Shown in pieces: positions 59,330 through 64,000 of a stretch of DNA of 64,000 bases. The position numbers were made by a program, and so were the translations under genes. The DNA is from an uncultured delta proteobacterium (GTDB lineage Bacteria > Myxococcota > Myxococcia > Myxococcales > Anaeromyxobacteraceae): positions 608,001 through 672,000 of the forward strand of contig CAWFDF010000008.1 of the NCBI GenBank assembly GCA_963814585.1, written 5' to 3'. Numbering within the stretch: position 1 is the first letter of the stretch; every line of letters starts with the position of its first letter. Under the pieces are notes generated by a model, which saw nothing but the letters and a program-made list of their open reading frames with translations, was not told the DNA's origin and did no database searches.

Positions 59330-60702
59330 GCGCCCGCCTGCTGGAGCGCTGGGACGTCGAGGACAAGGCCTTCTGGGCTGCCGAGGGGCGCGCCGTGGCC
59401 CAGCGCAACCTCTGGATCTCGATCCCCGCCCTGCTCCTCTCCTTCGCCGTGTGGATGGTCTGGAGCGTGGTGGTGGTGCGGCTGCCCGAGGTCGGCTTCA
59501 CCTTCACCACCGACCAGCTCTTCTGGCTGGCGGCGCTGCCCGGCCTCTCCGGGGCGACGCTACGAGTCTTCTACTCCTTCATCGTCCCCATCTTCGGCGG
59601 CCGGCGCTGGACCGCCATCTCCACGGCCTCGCTGCTCATCCCGGCGGTGGGGATGGGGTTCGCGGTCCAGGACCCGAGCACGTCCTACGGCACCATGCTG
59701 GTGCTGGCGCTCTTCTGCGGCTTCGGCGGGGGCAACTTCGCCTCCTCCATGGCCAACATCAGCTTCTTCTTCCCCAAGGAGCAGAAGGGGACGGCGCTGG
59801 GGCTCAACGCCGGGCTCGGCAACCTGGGCGTCTCCACCATGCAGTTCGTGGTGCCGCTGGTGATCACCGCCGGCGTCTTCGGCGGCCTGGGCGGCCCGCC
59901 CCAGCAGCTGGCCAGGGGCGGGACCATCTGGCTGCAGAACGCCGGCTTCATCTGGGTGCCGTTCGTGGTCGCCTGCGTGGTGGCGGCCTGGTTCGGCATG
60001 AACGACATCGCCTCGGCCAGGGCCTCCTTCAGGGAGCAGTCGATCGTCTTCCAGCGCAAGCACAACTGGATCATGTGCTGGCTCTACCTGGGCACCTTCG
60101 GCTCCTTCATCGGCTACTCGGCCGGGCTGCCGCTCCTCATCAAGGCGCAGTTCCCCGGCGTCGACCCGGTGAAGTTCGCCTTCCTCGGCCCGCTGGTGGG
60201 GGCCCTGGTCCGGCCGGTGGGTGGCTGGCTCTCCGACAAGCTGGGGGGCGCGAAGGTGACCTTCTGGAACTTCATGGCCATGGCGATCGCCGCGGGTGGG
60301 GTGATGTTCTTCCTGCCCCGGGACGGCGGAGCGGGCAGCTTCCCCGGCTTCCTGGCCATGTTCCTGCTCCTCTTCCTCACCTCGGGGATCGGGAACGGCT
60401 CCACCTTCCGCATGATCCCGGTGATGTTCCTCACCTTCCACGAGCGGCTGAGCGCCGGGGGCGACGCCGCCGCGCTGGCACAGGCCCGCAAGGACGCCGC
60501 CAAGGAGTCGGCGGCGGTGATCGGGTTCAGCTCGGCGGTGGCGGCCTACGGCGCCTTCTTCATCCCGCGGGCCTTCGGCATCTCCATGAAGGCGACCGGC
60601 TCCCCGGCCGGCGCCTTCATCGGGTTCATCGTCGTCTACGTCACCTGCATCGTCATCACCTGGTGGGTCTACGCGCGCCGCAACGCCGAGATGCCCTGCT
60701 AG
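59326..60702 (+). CDS. narK: Nitrate/nitrite transporter, NarK2/NarU type
   Basis: W..ED..FW...G...A.RNLWIS, GFGGGNFASSM.NIS.FFP, GIGNGSTFRMIP. Confidence 0.93.
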   Translation: MSARLLERWDVEDKAFWAAEGRAVAQRNLWISIPALLLSFAVWMVWSVVVVRLPEVGFTFTTDQLFWLAALPGLSGATLRVFYSFIVPIFGGRRWTAISTASLLIPAVGMGFAVQDPSTSYGTMLVLALFCGFGGGNFASSMANISFFFPKEQKGTALGLNAGLGNLGVSTMQFVVPLVITAGVFGGLGGPPQQLARGGTIWLQNAGFIWVPFVVACVVAAWFGMNDIASARASFREQSIVFQRKHNWIMCWLYLGTFGSFIGYSAGLPLLIKAQFPGVDPVKFAFLGPLVGALVRPVGGWLSDKLGGAKVTFWNFMAMAIAAGGVMFFLPRDGGAGSFPGFLAMFLLLFLTSGIGNGSTFRMIPVMFLTFHERLSAGGDAAALAQARKDAAKESAAVIGFSSAVAAYGAFFIPRAFGISMKATGSPAGAFIGFIVVYVTCIVITWWVYARRNAEMPC

Positions 60703-60719
60703 AGGAGCCGCGGAGAGCC

Positions 60720-62048
60720 ATGGAACGGTCCGAGACCTGGAAGCGCAACAGCGTCCTGACGATGAACACCTTCGGGTTCACGGTGATGTTCGCCGTGTGG
60801 GTGGTGTTCGCGATCATCGGCATCGCCATCCGCAAGGAGCTGCAGCTCGGCGAGACCGAGTTCGCGGTGCTGGTGGCCCTGCCCATCCTCACCGGGTCGC
60901 TGCTGCGGCTGCCCATCGGCATGGCCACCGACTGGTTCGGCGGGCGGCCCATCTTCACGGCGCTGCTGGCCACCAGCGCCATCCCGCTCCTGCTCCTCTC
61001 CCAGGCCACCCAGTACTGGCAGTACCTGGTGCTCGGGCTCTTCATCGGCATGGCCGGGACCTCCTTCGCCGTGGGGATCGCCTACACCTCGGCCTGGTTC
61101 CCGCAGCGGCTGCAGGGGACGGCGCTGGGCATCTTCGGGGCCGGCAACACCGGCGCCTCGCTCACCAAGCTCCTCGCCCCCGGGCTGATGCTGGTGGTGC
61201 CGGCCGGCGGGTACGGGCTCATCCCCGGCGGCTGGCGCTTCGTCCCCTTCGTCTACGCCATCGCCGTGCTGATCACGGCGGCCATCTACTGGACCTTCAC
61301 CTACACCGACCACTCGCACCACAAGCAGGACTCGGTGGCCCAGCTGCTGGCACCGCTCAAGCACGTGCGGGTCTGGCGCTTCAGCCTCTACTACTTCCTG
61401 GTCTTCGGCGGGTACGTGGCGCTGTCGCTCTGGCTCCCCAAGTACTACATCGACGTGTTCGGCCTGCCCCTCGGCCAGGCGGCCTTCCTCACCGCCATCT
61501 TCGTCTTCCCGTCCGGCATCATCCGCGCTCCCGGAGGGTGGCTCTCCGACAAGTACGGGGCCCGGACGGTGATGTACTGGGTCCTCTCCATCTGCGTGGT
61601 CACCTCCTTCCTGCTCATGTTCCCCGACGTGGAGATGGGCTTCCAGGTCCCGGCCAAGTACGCCGCCCTGGGGGACGGGCCGAGGCTCTCCCTGCGCATG
61701 GGGCCCTACCTCTTCACCGCCATCGTCTTCGTGCTGGGCCTGGCCATGGGGATCGGCAAGGCCGCGGTCTTCAAGCACATCCCCCATTACTTCCCGGACA
61801 AGGTGGGCTCGGTGGGCGGGCTGGTGGGCGTCATCGGCGGGCTGGGCGGCTTCTTCATGCCCATCCTCTTCGGCGCCATGACGCAGGCGACGCACCTGCC
61901 CACCACCACCTTCGCCTTCCTCTTCGCGCTGTCGGTGGCCTGCCTGGTCTGGATGCAGGTGGTGGTCTCGCGGATGTCGAAGGAGGCCGCGCCGGCCATC
62001 GCCGAGGAGCTGGAGCGGGGATCGGCGCAGCCCCAGCCGCAGTCGTAG
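60720..62048 (+). CDS. narK: Nitrate transporter, NarK1 type
   Basis: FAVW...IIG, PILTGSL.R, AG.SFAVG..Y.S.WF, GIFGAGN, GIGKAAVFK, GGLGGF. Confidence 0.92.
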   Translation: MERSETWKRNSVLTMNTFGFTVMFAVWVVFAIIGIAIRKELQLGETEFAVLVALPILTGSLLRLPIGMATDWFGGRPIFTALLATSAIPLLLLSQATQYWQYLVLGLFIGMAGTSFAVGIAYTSAWFPQRLQGTALGIFGAGNTGASLTKLLAPGLMLVVPAGGYGLIPGGWRFVPFVYAIAVLITAAIYWTFTYTDHSHHKQDSVAQLLAPLKHVRVWRFSLYYFLVFGGYVALSLWLPKYYIDVFGLPLGQAAFLTAIFVFPSGIIRAPGGWLSDKYGARTVMYWVLSICVVTSFLLMFPDVEMGFQVPAKYAALGDGPRLSLRMGPYLFTAIVFVLGLAMGIGKAAVFKHIPHYFPDKVGSVGGLVGVIGGLGGFFMPILFGAMTQATHLPTTTFAFLFALSVACLVWMQVVVSRMSKEAAPAIAEELERGSAQPQPQS

Positions 62049-62103
62049 CGGTGGCAGCCGTGTCCGCACCCGCGGCCGAGGCCCAGGCCTCGGCCGGCTG
62101 CGG

Positions 62104-64000
62104 TCAGTGGGCGACGGTGGCCGCGCCGGCCAGGTCCAGCGCGTAGTCGTGCGCCTCCAGCGCCGCCCGGTCCATGGTGCCGGCCTGGACGCGCCGGGCC
62201 ACCTCCTCGCGCGGCAGGTCGAAGATGGCCTCCAGGATCTGCGCGTGGAGGGCGGGCCGGGCCTGCCCGACGATGAAGAGCACGCGGGCGCTGTGCTGGA
62301 CGTAGCGCGGTGACAGCAGCTGCCGCTTGAGCAGCTCCATGATCACCGGCGCCTTGGAGCGGTCGAACCGCCCCGGCGCGCCGCTCCGGTCCTGCTCGGC
62401 GAAGAAGGCCGCCGTCCACTCGTCGTGGTAGGCGAAGACCTTCTCGAAGAGGGCGCGGTCGAAGCGGGTCCCGGCCTTCACCGCCTCGGCCTGCCTCCCC
62501 AGCACCACGCCGTCCTCGGTGAGCTCCTGCCGGAGCAGGTGGCCGTCCCTGGTGATGGGCGCCTGGTGGTGGGCCAGCGACCAGAGCCAGGAGACGTAGA
62601 TGCGGTAGGTGGCCAGGTCGTTCATGAAGCGCAGCTTCAGCTCGTAGTCGTCGATGGCGGCGGCGAAGTTGCCGTTCAGGATCTGGAAGCCATAGTTGGC
62701 CGCCATGTAGAAGGAGTGCTGCACGTGCTCGATGGTGACCTCGCCGGTGGGCGGCCGGTAGATGGCTTCCCACAGCTCCCCGGAGAGCAGCTTCTCGGGC
62801 GTGTCGAGCGACTCCCGCGTGACCAGGCTCGGGGTGATGCGGCCCCTGGCGTCGAGGACGCCGCGCGACCGCAGCAGCTCGCGCTCGGCCGGGGAGAGCC
62901 CGCTGGCCGTGGTCGGCACCGCCTTCCCGTTGGCATCCACCGTCTCCAGCGGCCTGTCGATGAGCGCCTGCAGGTCCTCCAGCCTCGCCTGCAGCGGGCC
63001 GTTGCCGGCCGCCACGTACTCGACCTCGGGGCTGGCCACCCAGCTCTGGCGGTAGCAGTCGTACAGCTTGCCCCTGGCGCGGCCCGAGAGGATGTCGTCG
63101 AGCGTCGGCGGCGCGGCGGTCACGGAGTCGGGCACGAACACCAGGCCGAGCAGCCGCTCGCGGAGCTTGTCCACCACCATGGCGCGCAGCGCCAGCGGGT
63201 TGTACCTGGAGCGACCGTAGGGGTCGCCCTTCTGGTAGATCATCACCGCCGCCATGCCGCCGATGGGCGAGGCGTTGGTGAGCTCGCCCCCCTTCATGCC
63301 GCCCATGAGCATGAGCAGCGCGTTGTAGCGCTGGTAGGCGATCATGTTCGGCGTGGCCATGCCGACCGACTGGGGATCGGGGAAGACGCCCTTCGCGTCG
63401 TCCTTCCACATCTCGATGAGGCTGCCCAGGTAGTCCCAGCGGCCGACGTTGGTGCCCAGCAGGCGGCGCCGGAAGGTCCAGGCGATGGCGGTGAGGTACC
63501 GGCCGCCGTTGCCCTCCTCGTAGAGCATCTTCACCTTGATGGTCCCGGCGGGGACGCCGAGGAGCTCCTCGATCCGGGACAGCAGCCGCTCGACGATGGC
63601 CGCCTCGCGGGGCGTCTGCATCTTGGGGATGTAGAAGTAGGTGCCGCTCCCGGCGGCCCTCAGCGCGTCGAAGTTGTTGAGCGCCCAGAGCACGGTGATG
63701 ACCACCAGGCCGGGGGCGGGCCGGCCGTCGACCGTGACGTGGTCGTAGCGGAGGTGGATGCTGGGCGGCCGGGCCAGGCGGGTGGGCCACTGCGCTGGCG
63801 GCCTGTCGATCTGGTAGCTGCGCGTCTTCCCCTTCTTCACCACCTGGTAGGGCCGGCCGGTCCACTTCCCGGCGAAGACGTCCTTGGCGTTCTGCATGGC
63901 CGCGAAGACCCCCACCGGCTCGCTGGCCGGCGAGCCCTCGGGGTGGAAGTGGGGCGGCGAGGCGTCCTCGAAGTCCGGCATGTTCATGGGCGCCGGGCTG
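62104..64000 (-). CDS. Malate synthase-like protein, 5' part lies beyond the window
   Basis: DFEDA, YFYIPKM....EA, IKV.MLYE, GRWDY..S, IGGMAA, DK.RE, SWVA, MNDLAT. Confidence 0.8.
   Translation of the reverse strand, partial: SPAPMNMPDFEDASPPHFHPEGSPASEPVGVFAAMQNAKDVFAGKWTGRPYQVVKKGKTRSYQIDRPPAQWPTRLARPPSIHLRYDHVTVDGRPAPGLVVITVLWALNNFDALRAAGSGTYFYIPKMQTPREAAIVERLLSRIEELLGVPAGTIKVKMLYEEGNGGRYLTAIAWTFRRRLLGTNVGRWDYLGSLIEMWKDDAKGVFPDPQSVGMATPNMIAYQRYNALLMLMGGMKGGELTNASPIGGMAAVMIYQKGDPYGRSRYNPLALRAMVVDKLRERLLGLVFVPDSVTAAPPTLDDILSGRARGKLYDCYRQSWVASPEVEYVAAGNGPLQARLEDLQALIDRPLETVDANGKAVPTTASGLSPAERELLRSRGVLDARGRITPSLVTRESLDTPEKLLSGELWEAIYRPPTGEVTIEHVQHSFYMAANYGFQILNGNFAAAIDDYELKLRFMNDLATYRIYVSWLWSLAHHQAPITRDGHLLRQELTEDGVVLGRQAEAVKAGTRFDRALFEKVFAYHDEWTAAFFAEQDRSGAPGRFDRSKAPVIMELLKRQLLSPRYVQHSARVLFIVGQARPALHAQILEAIFDLPREEVARRVQAGTMDRAALEAHDYALDLAGAATVAH

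Noticed and set aside
59451..62048. 865-aa ORF suggesting a fused NarK
   Set aside because: The first narK ends with TAG at 60702 and the second has its own RBS and ATG at 60720; the extension is off-frame.

Overview
Very GC-rich (roughly 70-75% by eye), gene-dense chromosomal segment. Gene content points to an Anaeromyxobacter-like Myxococcota/Deltaproteobacterium; this is an inference. I found no rRNA, tRNA, CRISPR array, integrase or transposase. Left to right the window holds: housekeeping and metabolic genes (FabX-like flavoprotein, slyD, TrmJ-family methylase, rsmE, qor, pyc, hemerythrin, a large FAD/Fe-S oxidoreductase); an AgmX-like protein; a secreted SNase; a DUF523-DUF1722 + class II photolyase pair; an orphan MtrC/OmcA-type decaheme lipoprotein with a collagen-like G-T-N stalk; terC, lgt and tlpA; a sigma54 two-component system divergent from a cusCBA-type Cu/Ag efflux operon; a convergent Ni/Co ECF uptake operon with a NikR-like operator; a three-gene operon (CsgG/TolB-N-like envelope protein, small lipoprotein, phage-tail-fibre-like secreted protein); a duplicated His-motif lipoprotein; a Liv-type ABC transporter + acyl-CoA synthetase operon; an Rrf2 regulator divergent from narC-G-H-J-I-K-K; and a partial malate synthase. 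The three-gene operon at 40972-43742 is my best candidate for an undescribed system, a surface-fibre display module. Many genes carry 1-bp frameshifts, densest at 29.7-34.4 kb, most consistent with uncorrected long-read assembly errors. Family calls come from motif recognition only; no database search was run.
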